A DNA stretch of 64,000 nucleotides from an uncultured Candidatus Saccharibacteria bacterium (GTDB lineage Bacteria; Patescibacteriota; Minisyncoccia; Phycocordibacterales; JABMNX01): contig CAZNRH010000002.1 of the NCBI GenBank assembly GCA_964575755.1, positions 70,351 through 134,350 on the forward strand, written 5' to 3'. The notes beneath the pieces were generated by a model. The model saw only the letters and a program-made list of their open reading frames with translations. It made no database searches and had not been told where the DNA came from. This document shows positions 18,774 to 28,345 of the stretch, piece by piece. Position 1 is the stretch's first letter. The number at the start of each line of letters is the position of its first letter. Position numbers and translations under genes: made by a program.

Positions 18774-19017
18774 AATGCATTTAATGATATATGTAAAATG
18801 TGGTGGTTACAAGGTGGATGAAGTGGTTAATATTTTCAAATCCTGCCTGGCGTGACAAACAAAATCACCCCATGCTTTCACATTGGGTGATTTTGTATTA
18901 TTTATTTGGCGCAGGTTTCTAAGCTCACTGCGTTCACTAAGAACCTCCTGCCCTAGCTCGCGGTAACAATTTTTAAGGAAAAAGAAAAATCGTTACATCG
19001 CTCCGCTTCACAGAAAC

Positions 19018-19048
19018 GTAAAAAACGAGGAACCAACCTCGTTTTTTT
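19018..19048 (-). terminator. terminator downstream of tRNA-Tyr
   Basis: Stem aaaaaacgagg/cctcgtttttt. Confidence 0.6.
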
Positions 19049-19057
19049 ACATTTCTG

Positions 19058-19141
19058 TGCGCCGGGCAGGATTTGAACCTGCGTAGGGCTATGCCCGTCA
19101 GATTTACAGTCTGATGCGATTGACCACTCCGCCACCGACGC
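19058..19141 (-). tRNA. tRNA-Tyr (anticodon GUA)
   Basis: Acceptor GCGTCGG/CCGGCGC. Anticodon stem TCAGA/TCTGA with loop CTGTAAA. Long variable arm. Discriminator A. Confidence 0.8.
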
Positions 19142-19170
19142 ATTTGCACTCACTAGTCATTGAGTAGCAA

Positions 19171-21909
19171 TTATACTACTACTTTTTGCTTCTTCGCGCG
19201 AGTACGCACAGGCGTACGTCGTGCTTTTGTTTGTTTTTTCTTTATATTAAATACAAATTCTCTTTCTGAAGGAAGGATTTCTTTAGTTTCATTTGTCTCT
19301 GTGTCCTTAAGATTTACTGAAATAGTTCCACCACCCATAACACCTCTAGAAACCATCATCCCCGCAATAGGAGTTAATATCTTTGATTGTATAAGTCGCT
19401 TAAGTGGTCGCGCACCGTACTGTGGGTTATATCCCTCTTTTGCTAGATATGAGAGTACCTCAGAGGATACATTTAGTTTGATTTCTTTATTAAGTAATCG
19501 CTCTTTTACAATATCTACTTGAATTTTTACGATGTCTTCTATTGCTTCTGGAGACAAAATATCGAATACTAAAATCTCATCGAGTCGGTTTAAGAACTCT
19601 GGCCTGAAATGATCTTTTAATTCTCGCAATACCTTTCCTTTGGTATCATCGTATTCTGTCTCATCTGTATCTCCGCTATTACTAAAACCAAACTTAGTCA
19701 TATTATCAATATGTCGCGCGCCTATGTTTGATGTAAGTACAATAACTGTGTTTTTAAAGTTTACTTTGCGTCCCTTTGCGTCAGTTAAATGACCACTATC
19801 AAGAACTTGAAGTAAAATGTTAAACACTTCAGGATGTGCTTTCTCAATCTCATCGAAAAGTAATACGGAATATGGTCGATGTCGAACAAGCTCAGTTAGA
19901 CTTCCCCCCTCTTCATGTCCAACATATCCTGGAGGAGCACCAATCATCTTTGATACCGAATGATTCTCCATATATTCAGACATATCAACTCGTATAAGAG
20001 CACTGTCGTCGTCAAAAAGGAATTGTGTTAAAGCTTTTGTTAATTCTGTCTTTCCTACCCCTGTTGGTCCAAGAAAAAGAAAAGAGCCAATAGGTCGATT
20101 AGGGTCTGAAATGCCAGCACGTGAGCGTTTTACTGCATCAGAAATAAGCTTAACGGCATTGTCTTGCCCAACTATGCGCTTTTTAAGCTCTTCTTCCATT
20201 CTACTCAATTTTTCTGCTTCTTCTTCTAACATCCTCTTCACTGGTATATGTGTCCACCTTGCTACCACGTCCGCAATATCTTCTTCTGAGACTTCTTCTT
20301 TTATTATTCTTCGTGAGCTTTGAAGCTTCTTGAGTCTCTTTGCTTTGGTAGCTAAGTCTTTTTTATGTCGTGGAATCTTCACATAACGAATCTCAGCAGC
20401 ATGAGAAAGGTCAGCAACAGCTTCCGCGCTGTCTGCCTCTACTTTTAACTCATCGAGTTCTGTCTTTAGTATTTTTATATCATTTAAAACCTCTTTCTCA
20501 TTTGTCCATTTTAGCTCTAACTCAGAAGTCTTTTCTTTTAAATTAGAAATTTCTTTTTCTATTTTCTTTGTTCGTTCCTTTGCTTTTTTATTTCCTGAGG
20601 CAGTTTCTTTCTTTAATGCTTCCTTCTCTATCTCAAGTCGTAATATTCTACGGTGAGCTTCCTCAAGCACTGGTGGTTTATTCTCAAGAGAAATACGAAG
20701 AGCAGAAGCAGCTTCGTCTATAAGGTCAACAGCTTTGTCCGGCAAAAACCTGTCAGAGATATATCTTGAACTTAAAGAAACTGCGGCGATAAGTGCATCG
20801 TCAGTAATACTAACTCCGTGGAATAGCTCATATCTTTCTTTTAATCCACGCAGTATCGCGATAGCATCTTCTTCCGAAGGCTCATTAACGTGCACAGGCT
20901 GAAAACGTCGAGTCAGCGCAGGGTCTCGCTCGATATGTTTTTGATATTCTTTAAGGGTCGTAGCACCGATAACACGTAAATCTCCACGTGCTAGGGCTGG
21001 TTTTAACATATTTGAGGCATCCATAGATCCTTCTGCTGCACCTGCTCCAACAAGGGTATGTATTTCATCTATAAAAAGAATTATGTCACCTTGGGCACGC
21101 TCTACTTCTTTCATAATATTTTTAAGGCGCTCTTCAAACTCTCCGCGATATTTTGTTCCAGCAATAAGCATGCCTAGATCAAGAGTGACTAACTCTTTTC
21201 CCTTTAGAGATTCTGGTACGTCCCCGCATGCCATTCGTTGTGCCAACCCTTCTGCAATAGCTGTCTTACCTACACCAGCTTCACCAATTAAGATAGGATT
21301 GTTTTTAGTTCTTCGTGAGAGAATCTGAATAACACGTGTGATTTCATTATCTCTCCCAATAACAGGGTCTAGTTTATTTTCTGACGCAAGCTTTGTGAGA
21401 CTTCTTGTGTAGCGAGCAATAGCTCTATTTTGTTTTGGCGCCGTGGCATCGGTGTCGTCACTCTCTCGTAATTCATTAAAAATATTAAGTACTGAGTTTC
21501 TGTTGATTTGGAATTGTCCAAGTATGTTTTTTGTCTGTCCTGGATTGTCTATTATAGCTATTAATAGATGCTCAGTTGAAACAAACGAATCATTAAAACT
21601 CTCTGCGACTTTGTTTGCATCTTCAAGTACAGTGGCGAGCTCTGGCGTTAAATACAATTGATATGATGGGGACGAAAGTACTCCTCCTCCTTCACTGCCC
21701 TCAATAGCCTCTAAGAGTGCGTCTGTAAGTAAAATAGTATCTACCTCCATTCTCTCAAGAATAGAAAGGACCATGCTCTCTTCTTGAAACACGAGAGCAG
21801 TAAGAAGATGTAGTGGATTGATATGGTTTTGCCCACGCTCAATAGCCAGCTCATGAGCCTTTTTTATTGCATCTTTTGCTTTAGCTGTAAAATTATTAAA
21901 TGGGGTCAT
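19171..21909 (-). CDS. clpB: ATP-dependent chaperone ClpB
   Basis: Clp N-domain. Two AAA+ modules (GEAGVGKT and GPTGVGKT). Long middle coiled-coil. Confidence 0.95.
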   Translation of the reverse strand: MTPFNNFTAKAKDAIKKAHELAIERGQNHINPLHLLTALVFQEESMVLSILERMEVDTILLTDALLEAIEGSEGGGVLSSPSYQLYLTPELATVLEDANKVAESFNDSFVSTEHLLIAIIDNPGQTKNILGQFQINRNSVLNIFNELRESDDTDATAPKQNRAIARYTRSLTKLASENKLDPVIGRDNEITRVIQILSRRTKNNPILIGEAGVGKTAIAEGLAQRMACGDVPESLKGKELVTLDLGMLIAGTKYRGEFEERLKNIMKEVERAQGDIILFIDEIHTLVGAGAAEGSMDASNMLKPALARGDLRVIGATTLKEYQKHIERDPALTRRFQPVHVNEPSEEDAIAILRGLKERYELFHGVSITDDALIAAVSLSSRYISDRFLPDKAVDLIDEAASALRISLENKPPVLEEAHRRILRLEIEKEALKKETASGNKKAKERTKKIEKEISNLKEKTSELELKWTNEKEVLNDIKILKTELDELKVEADSAEAVADLSHAAEIRYVKIPRHKKDLATKAKRLKKLQSSRRIIKEEVSEEDIADVVARWTHIPVKRMLEEEAEKLSRMEEELKKRIVGQDNAVKLISDAVKRSRAGISDPNRPIGSFLFLGPTGVGKTELTKALTQFLFDDDSALIRVDMSEYMENHSVSKMIGAPPGYVGHEEGGSLTELVRHRPYSVLLFDEIEKAHPEVFNILLQVLDSGHLTDAKGRKVNFKNTVIVLTSNIGARHIDNMTKFGFSNSGDTDETEYDDTKGKVLRELKDHFRPEFLNRLDEILVFDILSPEAIEDIVKIQVDIVKERLLNKEIKLNVSSEVLSYLAKEGYNPQYGARPLKRLIQSKILTPIAGMMVSRGVMGGGTISVNLKDTETNETKEILPSEREFVFNIKKKQTKARRTPVRTRAKKQKVVV

Positions 21910-21962
21910 AAAATTATTTATTAGAAAATATAGACGTAGTAGATTATACAGTAATTACTACC

Positions 21963-22841
21963 CTATTCTACCCCAACTACATTTGCTGCAAGCTCTATGA
22001 TTTGAGACCGCACTGTTTGGATTGGAGTAAAGTCACCGACTCCATGTATGCGACTTTCTCTTGTACTTATACCAACAACTTCTCCAAATATATTAAGTAT
22101 TACTCCCCCTTTTTCTATCTTACTACTACTTATATTTGTTTCTATTGCTGTAAGGACTGATATTGTTTTAGGCTCTTCTGTCGAACCTTCTGCTACCTCT
22201 AGAACCTCCTCCTTCTCATCAAGACCAGAGATTATTCCTAGTGCGATACTTGTCCTTTTAACACCACTAAGAGTAAGTGCTGTCTGTCCAAGTTTAAGAT
22301 TATTTATGTTTCCGTATTTTATACTCCCAGGTACAACACCGTATTCTTTGGTAAAGGTGAGTTGTAGTAGTGCAGTTGATTTACTTAACGTACCCGCAAC
22401 AACATCTCCAGATATTTCTTTACCGCTTGATAGCGTTACAGAATATAACCTATCTTGATTTAAGATTGAACTGTCTGTTGCCACTGCAACCACTCCATCT
22501 TTTGAAACAATCACTCCTACTCCAACATACACAGGGTCGTTTGCAGTTTTTTGGTAAATCTTTACAATCTTGTCTTTATTTTTCTCAATAGCTTGGATAA
22601 CAAGGTCTTCCTCATTTACCACGATAGTTTTCTCAGTCTCTATTACTGTTGCTGTCTGAGTCTCGCCTGGAACAACCCTCTCGATAGTTCTTTCAACTAC
22701 TCGATTTATTGTTTGAGTAACAACAGGTGAAGCTTCTTCAAGGAGAGTTACTGTCACTATACCAGTTGCGATTGACGTAACAAAACTCACAAGCAAAACA
22801 AGTAGTACAGTCTGTGATTTTGTAAGTCTTTCAATATCCAT
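21963..22841 (-). CDS. membrane-anchored trypsin/HtrA-like domain protein, apparently catalytically inactive
   Basis: HtrA-like beta-barrel pattern (GVGVIVSKDGVVAVATDS...ALLQL...GGVILNIFGEVVGI). The His, Asp and Ser triad positions are all substituted. Confidence 0.5.
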   Translation of the reverse strand: MDIERLTKSQTVLLVLLVSFVTSIATGIVTVTLLEEASPVVTQTINRVVERTIERVVPGETQTATVIETEKTIVVNEEDLVIQAIEKNKDKIVKIYQKTANDPVYVGVGVIVSKDGVVAVATDSSILNQDRLYSVTLSSGKEISGDVVAGTLSKSTALLQLTFTKEYGVVPGSIKYGNINNLKLGQTALTLSGVKRTSIALGIISGLDEKEEVLEVAEGSTEEPKTISVLTAIETNISSSKIEKGGVILNIFGEVVGISTRESRIHGVGDFTPIQTVRSQIIELAANVVGVE

Positions 22842-22931
22842 ATGAGACTATGATACATAACCTTTTAGAACATGTCTATGTAAGTTTTTTACACAATATA
22901 AATAATCTATTACTCTAATTAAAGATTACCA

Positions 22932-24182
22932 CTATAATCCAGCTTTGTCAAACTTATTCACTTCATCCACGAGTACCGAGATAACGTAATCAATATCTTT
23001 CTTTTTAACTCCCCTTCCAAAAGAAAACCTTATGGAACTTTTTGCCATTTTTATACCAAAACCTTCGTCTTTATAAAGGGAAGCTACTACGTATGAGTAT
23101 TTTCCATTTCCATGTCCTAGACATGCGCTTTTAGTTGCCACAGCAATACCGTGCTCGTCCAGTGCAATCATTAAGTACTCATTATCAATTCCCGGAATTG
23201 ATATATTTACATTATTTGGTGAGCGGAGTTTTGAGTCACCATTAAGTACAGCTTTTGGAATATGTTGTTTTAACTTCTCTAAAAAATATTTTTGTAATTC
23301 TGATATTTCTCTTACTTCCTTTTCTATATGTAGCACAGCTTCAACAAATGACTCTTTCATGCCAACAATAAGTGGTATATTCTCTGTACCAGGACGTAGT
23401 CCATGTTCCTGGTTTCCTCCTTTCATTATCGATTCAAGGTTTACACCTTTTCGTCTATATAAAAAACCGACACCCTTCGGTCCATAAACTTTCTGTCCAT
23501 CTATTGTCATCAAATCAACATCTATATTCTTTGGTATACAGTCAAAATAAAGTGGGGCTTGACTAGCATCAGTGTGGAAAATTATCTTAGTGCCCATTTC
23601 TTTTTCGTGTGCTCGTATTTCTTTAGCTATTTCTTTAATTGGCTGAACTGTGCCTATTTCATTATTCACATACGATATAGAAACAAACAGCGTCTTTTTT
23701 CTCAAAATTGCTCGCACTGCTTTAGGGTCAATAACTCCATTCTCCTCAAAATCAACCATGTCCACCGACACGCCCTTGTCTCTAAAAAAAGTGAAGCAGT
23801 CAAGTACTGACGGATGCTCCGCTGAGCTTGTAACGATATGAATATCTTTTAACTCTCCACCTTCTTCAATCAATGCACTTATATGCCCTATAATAGCTAA
23901 ATTATTTCCCTCTGTTCCACTTGATGTAAAAATTATTTCTTCTGGTGTGGTCTGGATTGAATCTGCAATACCTTTCCTACATTCATTTAGTACCCGCTTA
24001 GATATTTCCCCTTCTTTATGTAGCGCCCCTGCATTTCCAAAATGTATACTAAAGTACGGTTCCATTTTTTTAAGAAAACGTGGCTCAAGAGGTGTTGAAG
24101 CTGAATAATCTAAATATATTCTTCTCTCTTTAGAAGATGTCCAAGAAAAATAGTGTCGTAATTTGCTTATTAGGTTTTTCAT
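22932..24182 (-). CDS. cysteine desulfurase (aminotransferase class V, NifS/IscS family)
   Basis: YLDYSASTP N-terminal motif and PLP-enzyme architecture. Confidence 0.85.
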   Translation of the reverse strand: MKNLISKLRHYFSWTSSKERRIYLDYSASTPLEPRFLKKMEPYFSIHFGNAGALHKEGEISKRVLNECRKGIADSIQTTPEEIIFTSSGTEGNNLAIIGHISALIEEGGELKDIHIVTSSAEHPSVLDCFTFFRDKGVSVDMVDFEENGVIDPKAVRAILRKKTLFVSISYVNNEIGTVQPIKEIAKEIRAHEKEMGTKIIFHTDASQAPLYFDCIPKNIDVDLMTIDGQKVYGPKGVGFLYRRKGVNLESIMKGGNQEHGLRPGTENIPLIVGMKESFVEAVLHIEKEVREISELQKYFLEKLKQHIPKAVLNGDSKLRSPNNVNISIPGIDNEYLMIALDEHGIAVATKSACLGHGNGKYSYVVASLYKDEGFGIKMAKSSIRFSFGRGVKKKDIDYVISVLVDEVNKFDKAGL

Positions 24183-24347
24183 TCACACTATTGTATACCC
24201 ACACACTAGTATTGTCATGGTTCTAATGTGTGAGTACCTTTTGCAAAACAGTATGTAGAGTGTATAATGCCTATTTATAAAGCCTTTTGTGGCTTTGGGT
24301 CTTTAGTACATTAAAAGCGCCCCCACGTATAACCTCGATAATTTCAC

Positions 24348-24848
24348 ATGACAGCATTACTCTCAAATAATACTGAAATAGTAATATATGCGCTTATTGC
24401 AATTGCGCTTATATCTATCATATGGAATATTCGTATCGAGATTAAATTACGTCGACTTCTATCTGGTAGAGATGCTCGTAGCCTAGAAGACACCATAGTA
24501 CATATAAAAGAAGGTCATGATGAGCTACACCAATTTAGAAAGGAGATAGGTCAATACCTTGAGCTTGTTGAGAAACGACTAACGCGAAGCGTTCAGGGTA
24601 TAGAGACTATCCGATTTAATCCTTTTAAAGGTATGGGCTCTGGAGGCAACCAAAGCTTTTCTACAGTATTTTTAGATGAGTCAGGTAATGGTGTTGTGCT
24701 GTCAACATTACACGCGAGAGACAGAATGAGCTTCTTCTCAAAACCAATCGTTAATTTTACTTCTACACACGAGTTGACTGATGAAGAAAAAGAATCAATA
24801 GAAAAGGTGCGCTCTTCTATGAAAATTACGAACGTAAAGAAAAAATAG
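24348..24848 (+). CDS. membrane protein, DUF4446-like
   Basis: N-terminal TM helix, then ...RFNPFKGMGSGGNQSFSTVFLDESGNGVV.... Confidence 0.4.
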   Translation: MTALLSNNTEIVIYALIAIALISIIWNIRIEIKLRRLLSGRDARSLEDTIVHIKEGHDELHQFRKEIGQYLELVEKRLTRSVQGIETIRFNPFKGMGSGGNQSFSTVFLDESGNGVVLSTLHARDRMSFFSKPIVNFTSTHELTDEEKESIEKVRSSMKITNVKKK

Positions 24849-24883
24849 TGAGTGATAAAAAGTAAGAATGTATACAGACTTAT

Positions 24884-24978
24884 GCGATTCCTCGCAAGGA
24901 ATCGTGTCCGGAGACCGATCATCCTCGCAAGGAATCGTGTCTGATATCTCTCAAGATATCATGTCCGGAGATCGGAGA
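24884..24978 (+). promoter_or_regulatory. structured leader upstream of infB with tandem hairpins and a direct repeat
   Basis: Hairpin cgattcctcgcaaggaatcg. Direct repeat tcctcgcaaggaatcgtgtc occurs twice. Hairpin tgatatctctcaagatatca. The gtgtc.tatctctcaaga segment resembles the 3' arm of the element family at topA and ftsQ. Confidence 0.35.
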
Positions 24979-24995
24979 CTAAAAAATATAATAAT

Positions 24996-26507
24996 ATGGA
25001 TAAAGAAAACAAAACTAAGAGGGCTCCAGTTATTGTGGTTATGGGACATGTTGATCATGGGAAATCAGCGCTTCTTGACTATATCCGAAAGACCAATGTA
25101 GTAGAGGGTGAAGCTGGAGGTATAACGCAACACATTTCAGCATACGAAGTTGAACATAAAGACAAAGAAGGCACAGTGCAGAAAATTACTTTCCTTGATA
25201 CCCCTGGACACGAATCATTCTCAAAGATGCGAGCACGTGGTAGCAAGGTTGCTGATATAGCAGTGTTAGTAGTTTCAGCAGAAGATGGAGTGAAGACTCA
25301 AACACTAGAAGCGTATAAAACTATTAAAGATAATGGTATTCCATTTATAATTGCTATCAATAAAATCGACAAACCAGAAGCAAATATTGAACGTACAAAG
25401 ACGAGCTTACTTGGACATGAGATTTATCTTGAGGGGGCTGGTGGCGATATACCATGGGTAGCTATATCAGCAAAAGTAGGCACGGGTGTGGATGACCTCC
25501 TCGATATGATGCTCCTTGTGTCAGACATGGCAGAGCTTACTGGGGACATAAATAAAAAAGCAGAAGGTGTTGTACTAGAGTCTCACCGTGACAACAAAAA
25601 AGGAATATCTGCCACGCTACTTATTAAAGATGGATACATAAAGAAAGGAGATTTCATTCAATCAGGAGAAAGTGTGTCACCTGTTCGAATAATGGAAGAC
25701 TTTACAGGTAAAAGCATTGCAGAGGCGCAGTTCTCTACCCCAATTAATATAATAGGGTTCAATGTCACACCAAAAGTTGGGGAATTATTTAATACTTATA
25801 ATTCTAAAAAGGAAGCTGAGAAAGTAGCTCTGGCGTATAAAGAAGAAAACAAAAAGACTGAGAAGCAATCTGCACCAGTAACAATAGCTCGCGACAGCGA
25901 AATAAAATTAATACCAATAGCGCTCCGCGCAGATGTGCTTGGGTCAATTGAAGCAATAGAACATGAAATTAATAAAATATCACACGAGCGCGTAGAGATA
26001 AAGATAATACAAAGAAACGTTGGTACAGTAACAGAAGGAGATATAAAACTAGCTCTTGGTAGCCCCGACTTATTGATAATCGCTTTTAATGTAGGTACAG
26101 ATAAAGCTGCTCTAGATCTCGCCACAAGAAACGGTATCAAAATACATTCGTTTGATATTATCTATAAGCTGGCTAAGTGGCTTGAAGAAGAAATAAAACA
26201 ACAAGCCCCTAAAATAAACACTGAGGAGACAACTGGAAGTGCTACTCTTCTAAAAATATTTAGCAAAAACAAAGATAAGCAAGTAGTAGGCGGTAAGGTA
26301 AATACAGGATCCATTAAAGTTGGTAGTGTTGTTAATATAACCAGACGCGACAACCGCATAGGCACTGGAACTGTTATTGGACTACAACAACAAAAAGCCG
26401 CAACTAAGGAAGTTGAAGAAGGAAGCGAGTTTGGAGCACAAATAGATTCACGTATTGAATTAGCTCCAAACGACACCATTGAAAGCTTTATTATCGTTAA
26501 AAAGTAA
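24996..26507 (+). CDS. infB: translation initiation factor IF-2 (short form)
   Basis: G-domain [10 protein letters not shown]...DTPGHE...NKID followed by the IF-2 C-terminal domains. Confidence 0.9.
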   Translation: MDKENKTKRAPVIVVMGHVDHGKSALLDYIRKTNVVEGEAGGITQHISAYEVEHKDKEGTVQKITFLDTPGHESFSKMRARGSKVADIAVLVVSAEDGVKTQTLEAYKTIKDNGIPFIIAINKIDKPEANIERTKTSLLGHEIYLEGAGGDIPWVAISAKVGTGVDDLLDMMLLVSDMAELTGDINKKAEGVVLESHRDNKKGISATLLIKDGYIKKGDFIQSGESVSPVRIMEDFTGKSIAEAQFSTPINIIGFNVTPKVGELFNTYNSKKEAEKVALAYKEENKKTEKQSAPVTIARDSEIKLIPIALRADVLGSIEAIEHEINKISHERVEIKIIQRNVGTVTEGDIKLALGSPDLLIIAFNVGTDKAALDLATRNGIKIHSFDIIYKLAKWLEEEIKQQAPKINTEETTGSATLLKIFSKNKDKQVVGGKVNTGSIKVGSVVNITRRDNRIGTGTVIGLQQQKAATKEVEEGSEFGAQIDSRIELAPNDTIESFIIVKK

Positions 26508-26643
26508 GTTACTATTATGACTTACTACACTCGGATGCAGTTTGAGACACAAGTGAAAAATGGAAAAAGGCATATTATACATATGGCGTCTGACATTTTT
26601 CATGAAGTGACGAAGAAATGCGCCGAGTGCATAAGTCATAATT

Positions 26644-26973
26644 ATGTCCGATAGAACTTTAAAGGTATCATTACTTGTTAAAGAAGCTGCTGCCGATTTT
26701 CTTAACAGGGAATCTAATCACACGTCACTTATTACCGTGACTAACGCAACAATTTCAAAAGACTTCAGTAATGCTACTGTATTTTTTACAGTTTTTCCTG
26801 ATGATCAACAAGAACAAGTTCTTCATTTCACACGCAGGAAAAGAGCTGACTTTAAATCATATTTAAAGTCTCGCCTTCATTTAAGGAGAATACCCTTCGT
26901 TGATTTCAAAATAGACGAAGGAGAAAAACATCGCCAAAGAATCGATGAGATTTCACAGGAAGTAGAAGAATAA
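26644..26973 (+). CDS. rbfA: ribosome-binding factor A
   Basis: KH-like RbfA fold pattern and conserved position directly after infB. Confidence 0.7.
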   Translation: MSDRTLKVSLLVKEAAADFLNRESNHTSLITVTNATISKDFSNATVFFTVFPDDQQEQVLHFTRRKRADFKSYLKSRLHLRRIPFVDFKIDEGEKHRQRIDEISQEVEE

Positions 26974-27001
26974 TGTAGAAAGTTTAGTATAATAGAATAC
27001 T

Positions 27002-27074
27002 GACCACGTGGCGAAGTAGTTAACGCAGCGGTTTGCAAAACCGCCATACGCGGGTGCAGATCCCGCCGTGGTCT
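27002..27074 (+). tRNA. tRNA-Cys (anticodon GCA)
   Basis: Acceptor GACCACG/CGTGGTC. Anticodon stem GCGGT/ACCGC with loop TTGCAAA. Discriminator U. The T-loop TGCAGAT is atypical. Confidence 0.7.
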
Positions 27075-27125
27075 CAAGTTAAAATATCTTGTCTTCAAAC
27101 GACAAAAATATTTTTACGTAAATAT

Positions 27126-27209
27126 GCCGGGATGGTGGAATTGGTATACACGCAACACTTAAAATGTTGTGGGCGTAAGCCCATGCGGGTTCAACTCCCG
27201 CTCCCGGCA
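27126..27209 (+). tRNA. tRNA-Leu (anticodon UAA)
   Basis: Acceptor GCCGGGA/TCCCGGC. Anticodon stem CAACA/TGTTG with loop CTTAAAA. Long variable arm. Discriminator A. Confidence 0.8.
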
Positions 27210-27222
27210 CAAAGAGAAATGA

Positions 27223-27256
27223 ACCTCGTCTGAGAAGACGAGGTGATTTTCTTTTG
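27223..27256 (+). terminator. terminator after tRNA-Leu(UAA)
   Basis: Stem acctcgtct/agacgaggt followed by gattttctttt. Confidence 0.6.
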
Positions 27257-27258
27257 TA

Positions 27259-27388
27259 GCCGGGAGCGGGAGTTGAAAGACGGAAGCGGTATACAAGATG
27301 CGTAGTGAAACGGAGCAGGCTTGTCGCTGAGTCGGGGTCGAGAGTACTTAGTGCATAGCACTTAGTAACTCGTGACCAACTCCCGCTT
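27259..27388 (+). repeat. tRNA-linked AGACGGAAGC element (unit A)
   Basis: Starts with the reverse complement of the tRNA-Leu(UAA) 3' end (gccgggagcgggagttgaa). Then aagacggaagc. Core gctgagtcggggtcgaga. Ends ttagtaactcgtgacc plus a copy of the tRNA T-arm 3' strand (caactcccgct). Confidence 0.6.
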
Positions 27389-27457
27389 CTAATAGAAAAA
27401 CAAATTTGTTTTGTAACCTTTTTCTGTTACTATAACTCTTGTTATATTACACAACAT

Positions 27458-27530
27458 CCGCCTATAGCTCAGTTGGTAGAGCAACCGCCTCTTAAGCGGT
27501 GGGTCGCAGGTTCGAGTCCTGCTGGGCGGA
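27458..27530 (+). tRNA. tRNA-Lys (anticodon CUU)
   Basis: Acceptor CCGCCTA/TGGGCGG. D-arm GCTC-AGTTGGTA-GAGC. Anticodon loop CTCTTAA. T-arm GCAGG-TTCGAGT-CCTGC. Discriminator A. Confidence 0.85.
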
Positions 27531-27534
27531 CAAT

Positions 27535-27580
27535 GAAATAAAATACTCCCATTTTTGTGGGAGTATTTTATTTCATTTCT
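27535..27580 (+). terminator. long hairpin terminator after tRNA-Lys
   Basis: 17-bp stem gaaataaaatactccca/tgggagtattttatttc followed by atttcttc. Confidence 0.55.
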
Positions 27581-27588
27581 TCTACACT

Positions 27589-27720
27589 GGACTCGAAAGA
27601 CGGAAGCCCGCGTGCCAAAGCACGAGAGAGGGCTGAGTCGGGGTCGAGAACACTTAATATTTCAGGAATACCTGGACTAAAATATTTAGTGATTCGTGAC
27701 CGAGTCCTGCTGGGCGGACA
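27589..27720 (+). repeat. tRNA-linked AGACGGAAGC element (unit B)
   Basis: Starts ggactcgaa, the reverse complement of the tRNA-Lys T-loop/stem. Then agacggaagc. Core gctgagtcggggtcgaga. Ends tttagtgattcgtgacc plus an exact 20-nt copy of the tRNA-Lys 3' end (cgagtcctgctgggcggaca). Confidence 0.65.
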
Positions 27721-27796
27721 CGCGCAAAACAAAATACGCTATACCTATGGCGTATTTTGCTTTAACAAGCAAACTGCTTTGCTTGTGGAGCTTGTC

Positions 27797-27973
27797 CGAG
27801 ACGGAGCAATGTTTTGTTGCCTGTTTTTCCTAAGACAACAAAACCGCGAGCCCAGACCAAAAGCACTTAGTAGATTTCAAGCGAAGCGAAAAAATCTATT
27901 TAGTGACTTGTGGTGACTAAGTGATAAAATAAGGTTTGCGAATTTAGAAACCTGCGCCGAGTCCTTTAAATTA
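27797..27973 (+). repeat. GAGACGGAGC-motif element X1
   Basis: gagacggagcaatgttttgttgcc...aacaaaaccgcgag hairpin, then ...tttagtgacttgtggtgac...gcgaatttagaaacctg. Ends gcgccgagtcct, resembling the tRNA-Lys T-arm. Homologous to 46433-46532. Confidence 0.55.
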
Positions 27974-28021
27974 ACAACTTGTGATGACGAGGTACACTGC
28001 TTTTTGTATGTACTCGTGTCT

Positions 28022-28060
28022 GAGACGGAGTGATATTTTGGTACGATGCATCGCTCGGAA
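28022..28060 (+). repeat. GAGACGGAG-motif element X2 (short or partial)
   Basis: gagacggagtgatattttggtacgatgcatcgctc. Confidence 0.4.
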
Positions 28061-28125
28061 TAAATCAAACAAACACCACTTGAAACAAAATCAATACTAA
28101 ACTATACTAGTGGACACATATTAAT

Positions 28126-28189
28126 GTGCGAGTGGTGAAATTGGTAGGACAAACAGTGTTTAAACACTGTTTGTCCCCGTCGAGTGAGG
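28126..28189 (+). pseudogene. tRNA-like pseudogene (tRNA-Leu-derived 5' half, no T-arm or acceptor 3' strand)
   Basis: GTGCGAGTGGTGAAATTGGTAGGAC closely matches the 5' half of the adjacent tRNA-Leu (GCGCGAGTGGCGAAATTGGTAGAC). Followed by an aberrant anticodon hairpin with a 6-nt loop and no T-arm. Confidence 0.5.
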
Positions 28190-28218
28190 AAATGTTCGTT
28201 ATAAAAAATTGATAGTGT

Positions 28219-28300
28219 GCGCGAGTGGCGAAATTGGTAGACGCGCTAGTCTTAGGAACTAGTGGGGCAACCCATGGAGGTTCAAGTCCTCTCTCGCGCA
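28219..28300 (+). tRNA. tRNA-Leu (anticodon UAG)
   Basis: Acceptor GCGCGAG/CTCGCGC. Anticodon stem CTAGT/ACTAG with loop CTTAGGA. Long variable arm. Discriminator A. Confidence 0.85.
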
Positions 28301-28345
28301 CAGTGTCTATTTTTTATAGAACATAGTAAAAGGTATCGCAAGATG

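Noticed and set aside
18953-19153. 66-aa minus-strand ORF
   Set aside because: Overlaps tRNA-Tyr almost entirely, so it is an artefact of the tRNA sequence.
27126-27388. Group I intron associated with tRNA-Leu(UAA)
   Set aside because: The tRNA anticodon loop is uninterrupted and the downstream unit is only ~130 nt, far short of a group I core. No P/Q/R/S-like blocks were recognised.
27259-27720. Hammerhead or other small self-cleaving ribozyme in the tRNA-linked units (CUGAGUC...GAGAAC)
   Set aside because: The CUGANGA and GAAA core positions do not fit, and the stem II geometry is wrong. RNase P, tmRNA and SRP RNA consensus blocks were also looked for here and in 37.5-38.0 kb and not found.
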